Below are positions 1 through 12,470 of a stretch of DNA of 64,000 nt, piece after piece. The stretch is from Eledone cirrhosa. Its lineage: Eukaryota. Within the stretch, counting starts at the first letter, position 1. Each line of letters opens with the position of its first letter. The notes under the pieces were generated by a model. That model was not told the DNA's origin. It made no database searches and saw only the letters and a list, made by a program, of their open reading frames with translations. A program made the translations under genes and the position numbers. The stretch is taken from NCBI GenBank assembly GCA_964016885.1, contig OZ024756.1:28334001-28398000 (forward strand). The letters are read 5' to 3'.

Positions 1-647
1 AGCTAAGGTGACACTGACTAACAGACTGCTGAGGGCCAGAGGTGTGTTTTTCTACTCAGTTAAGGTGACACTGACTAACAGACTGCTGAGGGCCAGAGGT
101 GTGTTTTTCTACTCAGTGAAGGTGACACTGACTAACAGACTGCTGAGGGCCAGAGGTGTGTTTTTCTACTCAGCTAAGGTGACACTGACTAACAGACTGC
201 TGAGGGCCAGAGGTGTGTTTTTCTACTCAGTGAAGGTGACACTGACTAACAGACTGCTGAGGGCCAGAGGTGTGTTTTTCTACTCAGCTAAGGTGACACT
301 GGCTAACAGACTGCTGAAGGCCAGAGGTGTGTTTTTCTACTCAGCTAAGGTGACACTGGCTAACAGACTGCTGAAGGCCAGAGGTGTGTTTTTCTACTCA
401 GCTAAGGTGACACTGAGTAACAGACTACCGAGGGACAGAGGTGTGTTTTTCTTACTCAGCTAAGGTGACACTGAGGACCAGAGGTGTGTTTTTCTTACTC
501 AGCTAAGGTGACATCAACTAACAGACTGATGAAGGCCAGAGGTGTTTTAACTGCTCAACTAAGGCGACACTGAGTAACAGACTACTGAGGACCAGAGGTG
601 TGTTTTTTCTTACTCAGCTAAGGTGACACCAACTAACAGACTGCTGA
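1..647. repeat. 57-bp minisatellite (~11 copies, degenerating 3')
   Basis: Unit AGCTAAGGTGACACTGACTAACAGACTGCTGAGGGCCAGAGGTGTGTTTTTCTACTC repeated in tandem; explains the 19-aa periodic ORF 8..463. Confidence 0.95.
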
Positions 648-1329
648 CTACTTGCTAATCCCAATGGTAATTTCCAATTTAAGCATAAGACCAGTGATTT
701 TTGTGGGTTGGAGTAGGGGTTTGATTATATCGATCACAGTAGTTGACTGGTACTTTAGTTTATCGATCACGAAAGTATGAAAGGCAAAGTTAACCTCAGC
801 TGTATTTGAACTAAGAATGAACTCAAAGTGTAAAGAGCCGCAACAAATGCTGTCCCGGCGCTCTAACGACTTTGCCAGTACAATACCCCCCTTTGCTTGC
901 TAATCCCAATAATAAAAGCGAAGTGGTCACGGTTGGATAACGCTTTGATTGTAGACACAGGTTTATTGGTTCAGGTCTGAAACAAGAAAATGTGATGGCG
1001 ATGCGGTAGGAGTAGTGCTGTTTCAAGGTCAAGATTTAGTTTGTTTTCATCCTCAATACAACAATGCAAACTCTTCTCTACTTCATCTTTTGAAAATATA
1101 AGTTGCTACCACCACCATCACCATCACCATCATCATCATCATCATCACCGCTAAAAAGAATTTAATGATAAAAGTAAAAGTACTTTGTATAGGAAAAAAT
1201 AAAAAATAAAAAATAAAAAATAAAAAATAAAAAATAAAAAATAAAAAATAAAAATTTCAAGAATCTGCAAACGAAAGAGAGGCCAAGGTCGCATGTGTTC
1301 ACTTATAAATAGGAGTGTCACTCCCTGTT

Positions 1330-1735
1330 TTTCAGAGAGAGAGAGAGACAGATAGAAACACAGAGTGAGAGAGAGAGAGAATGGAGAAAACAAGAGACAG
1401 ACAGAAACTGAGAGAGAGAGAGAGAGAGAGACAGACAGAGAAACAGAGAGTGTGAGAGAGAGAGAGAGAATGAAGAGAAAGAAAAGAACAAGAGTGATAG
1501 AGAGAGAGAAGAGAAAGAAAAGAACAAGAGTGATAGAGAGAGAGAGAAAAACAAGAGGGAGTGAGAGAGAGAAATAGGCAGACAAACAGAAAGAAGATAG
1601 AGATACAGAGAGAGAATGGGGAGAAAGAAGAAGAGAACAAGAGAGATAGAAAGAAACAAGAGGGAGTGTGTGTGTGTGAGAGAGAGAGAGAAAAAAAAAC
1701 AAAGAAGGAAACAGGAAAAAAGAAAATGATACAGA
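1330..1735. repeat. GA-rich low-complexity/(GA)n tract
   Basis: Runs of GAGA/GAAA. Confidence 0.9.
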
Positions 1736-1741
1736 AAATAT

Positions 1742-1924
1742 AATTGTTTCTACTTTACTTTAGGCACAAGGCCAGCAATTACCTAGTGCATTACTGGTAC
1801 TTTATTTTATCGACCCCGTAAGGATGAAAGGCAAAGTCAACCCCGGCGGGATTTGAACTCAGATTGTAAAGGGACGTAACTATGCTGGAAAGCATGGCGT
1901 CCGACCCTCTACCGATATTGCCAG
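1742..1924 (-). mobile_element. tRNA-derived SINE (family 1, Meta-domain-like core) with TSD
   Basis: Reverse complement has A-box TGGCAATATCGG, B-box GAGTTCAAATCC and core CTTTGCCTTTCATCCTTACGGGGTCGATAAAATAAAGTACCAG; flanked by direct repeat CAGAAAATATAAT. Confidence 0.9.
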
Positions 1925-2094
1925 AAAATATAATGAAAGAAAAAATGTGAGAATGGCGGAAATTTTAAAATATTTTTTTATTTTATTTCATTTTGAGGTT
2001 TCAAACAAAATACGTACAGAGGTCAGAAGGTCAAAAGGTGAGATATACGAATATTATTTAGTTGATCAGTGTGTGTAAGAGTTTTCTTAGGAAT

Positions 2095-2950
2095 TACAGG
2101 AAAGAATCGCTGGACAGATCTGTAGCTCGGATGTCAGAGAGGTAGAGCTGCTACTTTTCCGAATTGAGAGATCACAGCTCAGATACTACTGACATGTGGT
2201 TAGAATATCTCAGAAAAGAATCGCTGGACACATCTGTAGCTCGGAGATCAGAGAGTCACATCGGGTAGAGCTCCGAATTGAGAGATTACAGATACTCTAT
2301 TACCAGATTTAGACCAATTACATCAATTGTCAATCCAAGAGTACTCAAACTATACGGTCATATAAAAAGATCAAGTCGTGGTGGGAGTACGTTATGCCTG
2401 GAAGGAAGGTTGGTTGGTAAGAAAAGCAAAGACCAGCAGCCAAAATGATGGCTTGATGTCAACCTATGGACTGGGCTTGATCTTTGCTCTTTAAACTCTG
2501 TTGTTGGTGATCGAACTTTGTGGAGAAAAATATATCATGTTGATGTGAGGTCTGCAACTGTCGGAGTTTAGTGTCAAAATAGTAGGAGTAACTCGATACT
2601 ACTGACATGTGGTTAGAATGTCTCAGCAAAGAATCACTGGACAGATCTGTAGCTCGGAGATCAGAGAGTCACACCAGGTAGAGCTGCAACTTATCCGAAT
2701 TGAGAGATCACAGCTCCCATACTATGGGCATGTGGTGGTTAGAATGACTCAGGAAAGAATCGCTGGACAGATTTTACGGGCAAAACCAACCGACAGACGA
2801 TCCAGGGTTAGATAGACCCCCGAACAAAATGGTTGGATAACACCCATGAGGTTGGCTAGCCTCGCTTGGCGATCCAGCCGGATCAATTGGAGACGGTTGC
2901 TTCTGCCAGGACTCGCTGGAAGGAGTGTTTAAGGACTGCTCCCAAGAAGA
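2095..2950 (+). mobile_element. Nested degenerate RTE-like LINE 3' fragments (two families)
   Basis: Translates RIERSQL.YYGHVVRM.QERIAGQI...KPT.RR.R.RPPNK.W; 2307-2580 matches the RTE copy at 17735-18010. Confidence 0.75.
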
Positions 2951-4329
2951 AGAAGAAAATGTGGGTGTCGTCGGGTTGCTGAGATCGGCAGACGATGGAG
3001 AAAAGAAACGTTTTACACACAAAAATAACTTCTAGTTTAGGGAGAGGTTCAGCAATTTGCGGGAAGAGAGAGTAGAAAGCCGATTATATAAACTCTGAAA
3101 AGCAAAGTTGAGGTTGGTGTGATTTGAACTCAAAATGTAGAAAGCAGTAATTAAATGCCGTTATGCATCTTGTCCAATCCACAGTTCTAATTGTTTAGTT
3201 TCGGAAAGTCTTTTAAGGATAAAGATCCCATAACTCCTTGTGGAGTCGTAGAGGTACCGTCATACGGCATGTCTAGGGCACTTTTAAACCTGGCGGAGCC
3301 CAACCATCTCCAGATTTGAACACAGCCGATTTTTTTCTATAGTGGAAGAATCGACCTCATTACTGGACTGGTACTTTTTTTTTTATCGATCTTGAAAGGC
3401 TGAAAGGCAAAGTTAACCACGGCGGCATTTGAACTCAGAGCGCGCAATGAGGTGGGATGAATGCCGGATGAAAGTGCTAAATAACGTCACTAATTTAGCT
3501 TGCCATGCGATGGACCCGTAATTTCTGGTGGAATCGTAGAGGCACCATCGTGATACAAGGCGTGTCTTAGACATTTTAAATCTGACAGATCCTATGCCTC
3601 GTCATGTCTGATCATAGCTGAGTTCTTCTAGAGAGAGAGGGGTGGAAAGAGATATAGAGGAAGAATCAACCTCAGTACTTGACTGGTACTTTACTTGTCG
3701 ACTTCGAAATGACGAGAGGTAAAGTTGATCTCAGTGCGGTTTGAACTCAAGAGAGCAGAGAGCTGGAATGAATACTGCAAAGAATTCTATCCGACGTTCT
3801 AGCGACGACGCCTTATAACTTAGCTTAGTCATTTTATTTTCATTGACAATGATTAGAATATTGACTTCCCGCCCCTATCCCCTGAGAAAATAGTAGGTTC
3901 GTTTATGTTACAGTTTCGTTGTGGTTGTTGGTGTTGTTGTTTTGTTGGTCTGACACTTTGTCGTTAGTTAAATACCAAGTTCACACGGAGACGAATGGAA
4001 GGGAAAGAGGAGGCTAAGCTAGGATGAGTTGAGCTGGCTTAAAATAAATAGTTTCAAGCTTTATAAAGACACAGGAAGACATATATCTAAAAACAAACAA
4101 GTAAATCAATAAATTAAAATAAATAATAATAATAATAATGAAAAAAAAACATCATTGAATTGCGCGTGGTTGTCGTCGGGTTGCTGAGATCGGCAGACGA
4201 TGGAGAAAAAAGAAAGAAAGAAAAGGAACAAGGAATATGTTTACTTGGAGGGCGGTAGATGAGAAAGAAGCAATTAGCGTCTCCATTATAACAAAGCGTT
4301 GCTTTGCTTGGTGGTAAGGAAATAAACAA

Positions 4330-4402
4330 ATACACACATATACACATACCTACACACACACTCATATATATATATATACTTACATACCTACATACACACA
4401 CA

Positions 4403-4454
<52 letters not shown>

Positions 4455-5255
4455 AACAGACAGACATATAAATGCATAGATACAGAGATATATACATATA
4501 TACCTACACACACACACACATATATAAACACAGACATATAAATGAATAGATACACATGCATAGATACATACCTACATACAGACACATATATACATACCTA
4601 CATTTATACAGACATATTCATGCAAGTACATACTTATATACCTACATAGACATATACATGCATAGATACATACCTACATACACAGACATATACATGCATA
4701 GATACATACACACATACATGCATACACACAAACGGACATAATACATACATATAAACATACATATATATATATATATACATACAAGGGCTTTGTTTCAGGG
4801 GTTTACCAGGGGACAAGTCGCTAGGCCTGTGTATATATGCCTATTCATGTGTATGTCTATATGTATGCATGTGTGTATTTATGCATATATATGTCCGTTT
4901 GTGTGTATATATGCATGCATGTACCTATGCATGTATGTGTGTGTATGTATATATGTATCTATTCATGTATATGTGTGTATGTATGTATCTATTCATGTAT
5001 GTGTCTCTGTGTATGTATCTATTCATGTATGTCTGTGTGTATGTATGTATCTATTCATGTATGTAGGTATGTATTCATGTATATGTCTGTGTGCGTGTAG
5101 GTATGTATGTATCTATGCATGTATATGTATGTGTGTATGTAGGTATGTATGTATCTATTCAATGTGTATGTAGGTATGTATGTATCTATTCAATGTATAT
5201 GTATGTGTATGTAGGTATGTATGTATCTATTTCTATTCGTGTATGTCTGTGTATA
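4330..5255. repeat. Compound (CA/TA/CATA) and (TATG) microsatellites
   Basis: Direct inspection. Confidence 0.9.
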
Positions 5256-5257
5256 TG

Positions 5258-5620
5258 GAGGCACATGGCTTAGTGGTTAGAGCATTGGCCTTACAATCGA
5301 AAGGTTGTGATGTGTTGTTTCCTTGAGCAAGACACTTTATTTCACATTGCTCCAGTTTACTCAGCTGTAGAAATGAGATGATAGGACCGGGGTCTCTATC
5401 ATTCCACTGCAAAGTGGTCGTGTAGGCCCCACGGAAAAAAAAGCACCCAGCCCACACTGCAAAGTGGTTGTGGAGGTGCCACGGCAAAAAAAGCACCCAG
5501 CACTCACTGTAAATGAGGTTGCTGTTAGGAAAGGCATCCAGCTGTAGAAATCAAGCCAGAATCAGTTCCCGTCCCACCCTTGCAAGCAGGGAAAAGTGGA
5601 CGTAAAATGATGATGATGAT
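5258..5620 (+). mobile_element. Composite SINE: tRNA-like head (family 2) joined to family-3 body with (GAT)n tail
   Basis: GGCACATGGCTTAGTGGTTAGAGC head; TTGAGCAAGACACTTTATTTCACATTGCTCCAG; AAAAGCACCCAG repeats; GGACGTAAAATGATGATG tail; reverse-oriented copy at 40405-40760. Confidence 0.75.
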
Positions 5621-6941
5621 GATACATGTTTCTCCCCATTTCCTTCTCTAGTCAACTTGTCAAACATTGTTATTGTTTGTGTTTTTACTTATTGTCACAT
5701 GACTTTTAAAGTAAACTTTCACTGTTTAAATTATCAAGTCTGTTAATTCAGTGATCCCGCAATTTGTGGGGTCACTGAATATTTTTGTTGTTTCTTATTA
5801 TAAATAAAAAAAAAAAGCTAAAAGAAATTATTATTCTCTTCGGCAAGGCCCTTGTTTCAGAGGGGGGAGGGAACCAGGCGACAACCCCCCCCCTCCACAG
5901 GACCTTGTTTCAGGGGGATACCAGGGACAAGTCGCCCCCCCACCCCCACCCCCCACTTTTCCAAACGTCTATATTTATATTTTTGTTTATTTGATATAAA
6001 TTCTTTTTAAGCTTATTTTTTTATATCTGAACTTCATTTGAATATATAAAATTTAATTAGCGTAAAATTTTACTTATGTGATAGGGTCCGGGAAAGGCAC
6101 CATAAGCAATACTAACAGGCTGCTTCAAGAATCAACAAATGTTGGTTTGTCCCCCTCACATTTTTAAGGCAAACGAAGCCCCTGCTCTTCGGTGATGTCC
6201 TGATTAATTTTTTCAAATTTCATTTGAAAAGGAAAATCAGGGTGGAGAGGGAAGAGCTCTCTTCCCAGCAATTTGTTGACAGATGGGTGAGAGAGGCAAG
6301 CATGGCACTGCTCTGAGTATGGCTTTCTCCTCGAAAGTCTCCCCCCTATTGGGGAATTTTCCTTTGTTTCTTTTGTCATTTCCTTTGGGTTTTTTTTTTT
6401 TACATACAGAAATGTCCAATTGTACCGTCCTGTGCTGTCCTTAATGTTATATTTTATGTCAACCCTTGTGGTTAATAAAGAAAACATTATTATTATTATT
6501 GGCAGTATCGGTGGAGCGTCAGACACCATGCTTTGCAGCATAGAGTTATGGTCCTTTACGTTCTGAGTTCAAATCTGCCGAGGTTAACTTTGCCTATCAT
6601 CCTTACGGAGTCAATAAAATTAAGTACCAGTAATGCACTGGACTAATTGCTGGCCTTGTGCCAAAAGTAGAAACATTATCATCATATGGCAGTATCAGGA
6701 GTTCAAATCCCGCCGAGGTTAGCTTTGCTTTTCATCCTTGCAGGGTCGATAAAATAAAGTACCAGTAATGCTCTGGGGGAAAGAATGTATTCTATTTTTG
6801 TGTATGTATCATCACCGTTTTACGTCCATTCTTCCACACTAGCATGGGTTAGATGGGTTGGCCTGTTGTGGGCAATGCCAGGTCAGGTGATCATGACTTG
6901 CTCTCATATATATATAATATATACAGACGCACGCGCACACA

Positions 6942-6986
<45 letters not shown>

Positions 6987-7662
6987 ATGGCTGCAAACTC
7001 TGCTACGAGTATTGCAATCGCTTGTCAGATTATAGAGTTTGGTGCACTTTTAGGCTATGGCCAGTCACGCGAACTTATAACATATCCTGAACAAGCAATG
7101 CCTGTGCTTTTAAGGTTTTTTAAGTGGGGAAAGGCCTTGCACTCGGGGAGGTTTTTTTTTTTTTTTTAAATATTACCTGAGTTTCTGTAAAAAATTCATC
7201 GATGACAATTCAAAACGGGGAGGTTTTTTTAGGGAAATGTGACCTGGTTCTTTGTGAAAAATTACGCGATGACAACTCAAAATAGGGAATTTGGGGAGGA
7301 AATCTGGGATTGCAAGATGACGACTTGACATGGGTCTCTAGCAATCACTATACTGATACCTTATTGAATATATACGAAGTTGTAGAAGAAAAGAAATGAG
7401 TAAAAATCCAACAATTTCACCATAATGTATTGACTGCTACACAAACAATAAATAATAGAAAAAATAAAATAAAATAAAAAAATTTCTGCAATTAAAAAGC
7501 AAAAGAAATATTGTATGTACATTAAGTTTATTTTTCAATTAAAAACTAAGATATGAAAATGACAAAATTGTTTTTATTGATTAATATCGATCTGTAAAAA
7601 AATTTGTATATAATATAAATCTTACTTTTTTTAAGGCGCGTTGAGCGAATTATGAGATTGGA

Positions 7663-7820
7663 ATGTGTGTTAGTTTAAAGCTAACCGCTTCGACGCAGGT
7701 GTTTGATTATGAAAAATATTCGAAAAAGTTGCCCCTAAGAGACGGCAAAAAAGTGGACAGCACCGCCTCCTTTGGGTCTTATTTGCGTTGAAGTACTTAA
7801 CTTTAAGCTAACATACATGC
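7663..7820. mobile_element. Small inverted-repeat element (MITE-like) in the putative 3'UTR of the unknown gene
   Basis: ATGTGTGTTAGTTTAAAGCTAACCGCTTCGACGCA ... TGCGTTGAAGTACTTAACTTTAAGCTAACATACAT are imperfect reverse complements. Confidence 0.6.
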
Positions 7821-7970
7821 GAAATTCATGTGTATGTGTATATATATATATATATGTTTAATAATCATTATAGATGTTTGTTAAATAGCTATGGAGATAA
7901 AACAAAGTTATCAGAATATTAGATATTGACGTATGAGCAGAAAATGAACGGAATATCTGGAGATTTTTTA

Positions 7971-8856
7971 CTAATATAAAGCAATTTCAGTTGCAGATGT
8001 TTTGGTTATTTCTTTGGCGTGATTCACCACATCAGGTAAGTTTGGCGACGTAGGTTGAATTGTTTGCCCTTGCATAGTATTTGATGTTCTGGAAGTCATT
8101 ATTGTGGAAGTAACTGTAGTTGGAGTGGTTATACAAGACGACGGAAGCGCAGCCGGCGGCAATGTCGACAAATGACCGGCATCAAACGTTGCTGTTATAA
8201 AAGCTTCGTATTCTACGGTTCCCATTTTAAAAAGCAGACGATCGTGCGCTAACTTCATAATACGACCTTGAAGACTTCCGTCTCTCAAGGAATCAATAAT
8301 GGATTCTGGAATGATTGCATACACCACAGCAGTTATGTAATCGATTGTCCATTGACATAAATTTGCATAATCGATCAACTCAAGAATCAAACCATTGGTG
8401 AAGTTTTCCACGCTGATGCGGTGAAGATTTTGATCGTTAAGGCTTTGTTTGCAAAGCCTGCTTGAAAATGTGAAAATACCGGCATAGCGATATATTATAG
8501 AGGTAGGTGATGGTTGAATCTTCTCATAATCGGATGTCGAGTCTGTTTTGTCAAAGAATTCGTTCAAAAGCCGCAGATATTCCGGGGTTCCTATTGAAAG
8601 TTGCGATCTCTTCAGAACCACGTCTAAAATACGGTATTGTATGTTCGCAGGTTTTTTACACACTTGGATCGAATCGGGTGCTAACTGACGGACTACTCCA
8701 ACCAAGTGATCGAACGCCCATTTATTGATGTTGGAATAATCATAAAGTTCCAGTATAAAACCATTGACATACCAATGGGCTTCGATCGGTTGTAAATCTC
8801 CCGACTCCAGATGTGAGTTACTGACCTCAGCCGACAGACAATATAATCCAGGATAT
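7971..8856 (-). CDS. Terminal coding exon of an uncharacterised ~300-aa protein with a tandem duplicated ~103-aa domain
   Basis: Acceptor ttctttcgttaattttAG at 8858-8857; frame open 8855 to TAG 7971 (295 codons, extending ORF 7971..8705 upstream); two gap-free internal repeats with 33/103 identity; S/T/P-rich tail; AATAAA at 7578-7573. Confidence 0.85.
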
Positions 8857-9110
8857 CTAAAATTAACGAAAGAAAGACAGCATTACTTGACAGAGTTAGA
8901 TATAATGTTTTAGTTTTACTTATTAGTGATGCCAAGAAAAAAAGACAAAAGAAAAAAAACTCAGCCAATCCACCCTGGAAGATGGTGTCACTAGTGACAC
9001 AACAAGAAGCACCCAGTAAGGTGGTGTCACTAGTACCACTAAAATTGCCATAAAAAAAAAAAAAAAAAGCACCCAGTCCACCCTATAAGGAGGTTGGTGC
9101 GCTATATGTA

Positions 9111-9158
<48 letters not shown>

Positions 9159-10599
9159 ATATAGAAATGGCTTCTACAGGACTATATTAAATATTTATAC
9201 TCTGCTATGTATTGAGTACCTTATGTGGTTACCCCCGATTGAACCCGGGATAAATTTTATATATATAATGAAGAGATTCAGGACCCCTACGGCTGAGCTC
9301 CGGCCGTTTCGACAGCTAGATCCGAACTATATGTACTGAAGAAGGGCTTAAGCCTGACACGTTAAAATTTCTTCCCCCTTTCCAATATAAAGCGTCAAAC
9401 TAATAAGGCTTTTTGTACCTGTTTGTTGTCTCCTTGAACTATATATATATATATATAGTTATATATAATTAGAATTTAGCTTCGGCATAGCTGTATACAA
9501 ATATGTATGTAAATTTCGTATATTTAAAGATATACGGTATGTTTAATAAATAAATATTTTGAAAGCCTCAGCTATGGGTAGAAGACTGACGGTAGCGCAG
9601 TCGAGTGGAGTCCAGCAGAAGCAAGGGGGATAATTGTTTATGTATTTCGAACTTAAATGGTTCTCACCAGGACAGTAGGAAGAAGGAAGCATTTGTCCTG
9701 GTGAGAACCATTTAAAAAAAAAAAAAAAATGTTCTCGCCGACGTTTACATATACCATATGGATAAACGTCAGCGAATGACAGGCTTCTATAGTGTTTCTG
9801 TCAACCAAACTCCCGCGGTTGTAAAACGAACTTTTTAAAACCACAGCCACGATATTATACCCCCCCCCCCCCCCCCCCGCGACACAGTCCTGCACTTACC
9901 TCGATTTCCTTAAAAGGACATTATTGATCGAGCTCTAGCTTCAATCAAAATTAATTAAATTTGCTAATTGAAAATAAAATTTGCATATTATAATTGATTA
10001 AGCTCCTAGGATACTGTAGCGATATGAAACGCAGAAGGTTTTGATATAATAATTAGTAGTTACTATGACATGACAATATTTCATATCTTAATACAATCAC
10101 TCCCCACTCTTAACGGCCGGAAATTTTGTGAACACATATTTATGCTATGTACTTTTTAAAATATTATTGTTGTTTGTGAGGGTCATGTTTTATTGTTAGT
10201 TAGGTTAACTAAACTATTCCTCGGTTAGTTTAATAACCGTATGGTTAATTAATTATAATATTTAATTTTCAAAGCTCTTTCGTCACATCCTGTGACCTCA
10301 TTGACTAGTCTTGCTACGCTGAGTCTCTTCTTCGTTTCGATTTTGTTTTATTTACTCTATCAAGTTTTAAAATAGTTTATATAATTTTTTGTTACGTATT
10401 TTTGTCTGCAAATTATTTTACGCTTCAAAATATATTTTTTCTTTTGATGTTTCTAAAAGTTTTGTGAAATAAAACAGTAATAAAGAAGACCCATCTTCCC
10501 GTGCGCCCGGACTGAAACAGACATATAGTAGGCACCTCCTAACCATTATACTCCCCTTCCATACACCTCACACGCCCCAACACCCACCTACTTCTGTTC

Positions 10600-10980
10600 A
10601 CACCACCCTTACACTGTAAAGTTGTGTTGGTATCACAACAAAAAGCACCCAGCACACACTGTAAACTGGTCGTGTAGGTGCTGCAACAAAAAGCATCCAG
10701 CCCATACTCTAAACTGGTCGTGTAGGTATCACGACAAAAAGCACCCAGTCTACACTGTAAAGTGGTCATGTAGGTATCACGACAAAAAGCACCCAGTCCA
10801 GACTGTAAACTGGTCGTGTAGATGCCACGACAAAAAACACCCACTGTAAATGTGGTTGGCATTAGGAAGGGCATCGAGCCGTAGAAACCAAGTCAGAAAC
10901 AGTTATGTTAGCAGGACATAGTTCCCCGACTAAACCCGTCTAACCCATACTAGCGTGGAAAATGGACATTAAACGATGAT
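10600..10980 (+). mobile_element. Family-3 SINE with internal ~44-bp tandem repeats
   Basis: AAAAAGCACCCAGxxxACACTGTAAACTGGTCGTG repeats, then GGTTGGCATTAGGAAGGGCATC ... GGACATTAAACGATGATG tail. Confidence 0.8.
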
Positions 10981-11459
10981 GAACATTTTATAATCACTAA
11001 TAATGTTTCCGTGAGACCTTTATACATTTCTTTATTCAGATAATTCATTTAACAAAACTAACACTTGGTAAGTTTTCATACTCTCATGGACTGTATCGAC
11101 CGTAGGGGAATATTAAAACTAAAATCTATTTTATTTCTGGACTAGTGGTTCCCAACCTTTTGTGCCTCAACATTTTTATTCCCCACTTTGATATAAAAAC
11201 AGCAATGATCAACTACAAAGTGTAAACAAATTGGCATATAGGTGATGCCAGATGTACAATAACGTGCGTGGAGGAGGTGAGACAGGAGTTTCCGACCATA
11301 ATTTGTTCCAAATGTGCCTTGGTGTAAAAGTAAGAGGGTAAAATCTGAAGTTTCCTCTCATTAACATTTTCAAGCAACGAGATGCTTTGTCACTGAGCCA
11401 CAGAGAGTGTCCAGAAATATCTGGACTCTCTATTTGGCCAGGTAAATAACTAAGATTAA

Positions 11460-11640
11460 ATAATTGTTTCTACTTTTGGCACAAGACCAGCAATTATTCC
11501 AGTGTATTACTGGTACTTTAGTTTATCGACCCTGTAAGGATGAAAGGCAAAGTTAACCTCGGCGGGATTTGAACTCAGATAGTAAAAGGGCGTAACTCTA
11601 AGCTGCAAAGCATGGCGTCCGACTCTACTGATACTGCCAA
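11460..11640 (-). mobile_element. SINE family 1
   Basis: Matches the 1742-1924 consensus. Confidence 0.9.
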
Positions 11641-11749
11641 GACTAAATAACGATACAGTATATAATTTAGAAAGGTGAACAAGCACTCATTGCCATAGTA
11701 GAATCATTCTCTCTTCTATACATATAAACACACCAGGTCTGAACACAAA

Positions 11750-12035
11750 AGGACCAAACTCCTACTGTTACTGCTTCCGTCTCTCCCCATCTCTCACTAT
11801 TGTGAGCAAATGGGGGCCCACGCGCTGTACGTCCGCGCCCCCGGCGGACAGAATAGGGAATGCGTTTCCCCGGTGGATGGTGAGGGAGACCTGCTGGAAG
11901 AGCCAATCCAGCTCGCGAGGCTCACACCTGCAGGTAGTCAACTCTGTGCCGATGGTGGTGAGTAGGGAGGTGGCCCTAAGGCGAAGGACACCAGAAGTCT
12001 CCACTGCCACGGGCTCAACCGCAAACCTATCGGAG
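11750..12035 (-). mobile_element. CRE-clade non-LTR retrotransposon 3' fragment (RLE C-terminus)
   Basis: AVETSGVLRLRATSLLTTIG...WLFQQVSLTIHRGNAFPIL fits the CRE-type AVETxG...QRxSxAIxRGNA motif; related copies at 16790-17000 and 29620-29892. Confidence 0.75.
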
Positions 12036-12049
12036 AGCGACCGATTTCT

Positions 12050-12470
12050 GATTTAGGCACAAGGCCAACAAATCTGGGACCAAGGAGAAAGTCGATTAAA
12101 TCGATCCCAGTTCGTTATTGGTACCGCATTTTATCGACCCCGTGAGGATGAAAAGCAAAGCTAACCTCGGTGGGATTTGAATACAGAGCGTAAAGGGACG
12201 TAATTATATGCCACGAAGCAATGTTCGACGTTCTATCGATTACTGCCAATCTACCGCCTAATAATAATAATAATAATAATAATATTTTTACTTTTGACAC
12301 AAGGCCAGCAATTACCCCAGTGCATTACTGGTACTTTATTTTATCGACCCCGTAAGGATGAAAGGCAAAGTTAACCTCGGCGGGATTTGAACTCAGAATG
12401 GCAAGGGCCGTAACTCTATGCGTAAAAGCATGGCGTCCGACCCTCTACCGATACTGCCAAACCACCGCCC
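12050..12470 (-). mobile_element. Two tandem SINE family 1 copies
   Basis: Two head-to-tail consensus matches separated by (TAA)n. Confidence 0.85.

Noticed and set aside
8-463. 151-aa repetitive ORF
   Set aside because: 57-bp unit divisible by 3; the frame breaks as the array degenerates; no non-repeat coding flank
6050-6480. Possible DNA-transposon coding fragment (ORF 6164..6541)
   Set aside because: No diagnostic motif identified; the ORF start lies in a SINE
8693-8968. 91-aa ORF overlapping the start of the unknown exon
   Set aside because: Wrong frame; the domain-repeat homology lies in the frame continuous with ORF 7971..8705
9900-9934. Possible extra exon of the unknown gene (strong GAG|GTAAGT donor at 9899)
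   Set aside because: Weak acceptor, and 35 nt would frameshift between the phase-2 exons; could be an alternative or UTR exon but unsupported
11230-11445. Unique-looking, coding-like segment
   Set aside because: Stops in most frames, no recognisable motif and no consistent splice pair
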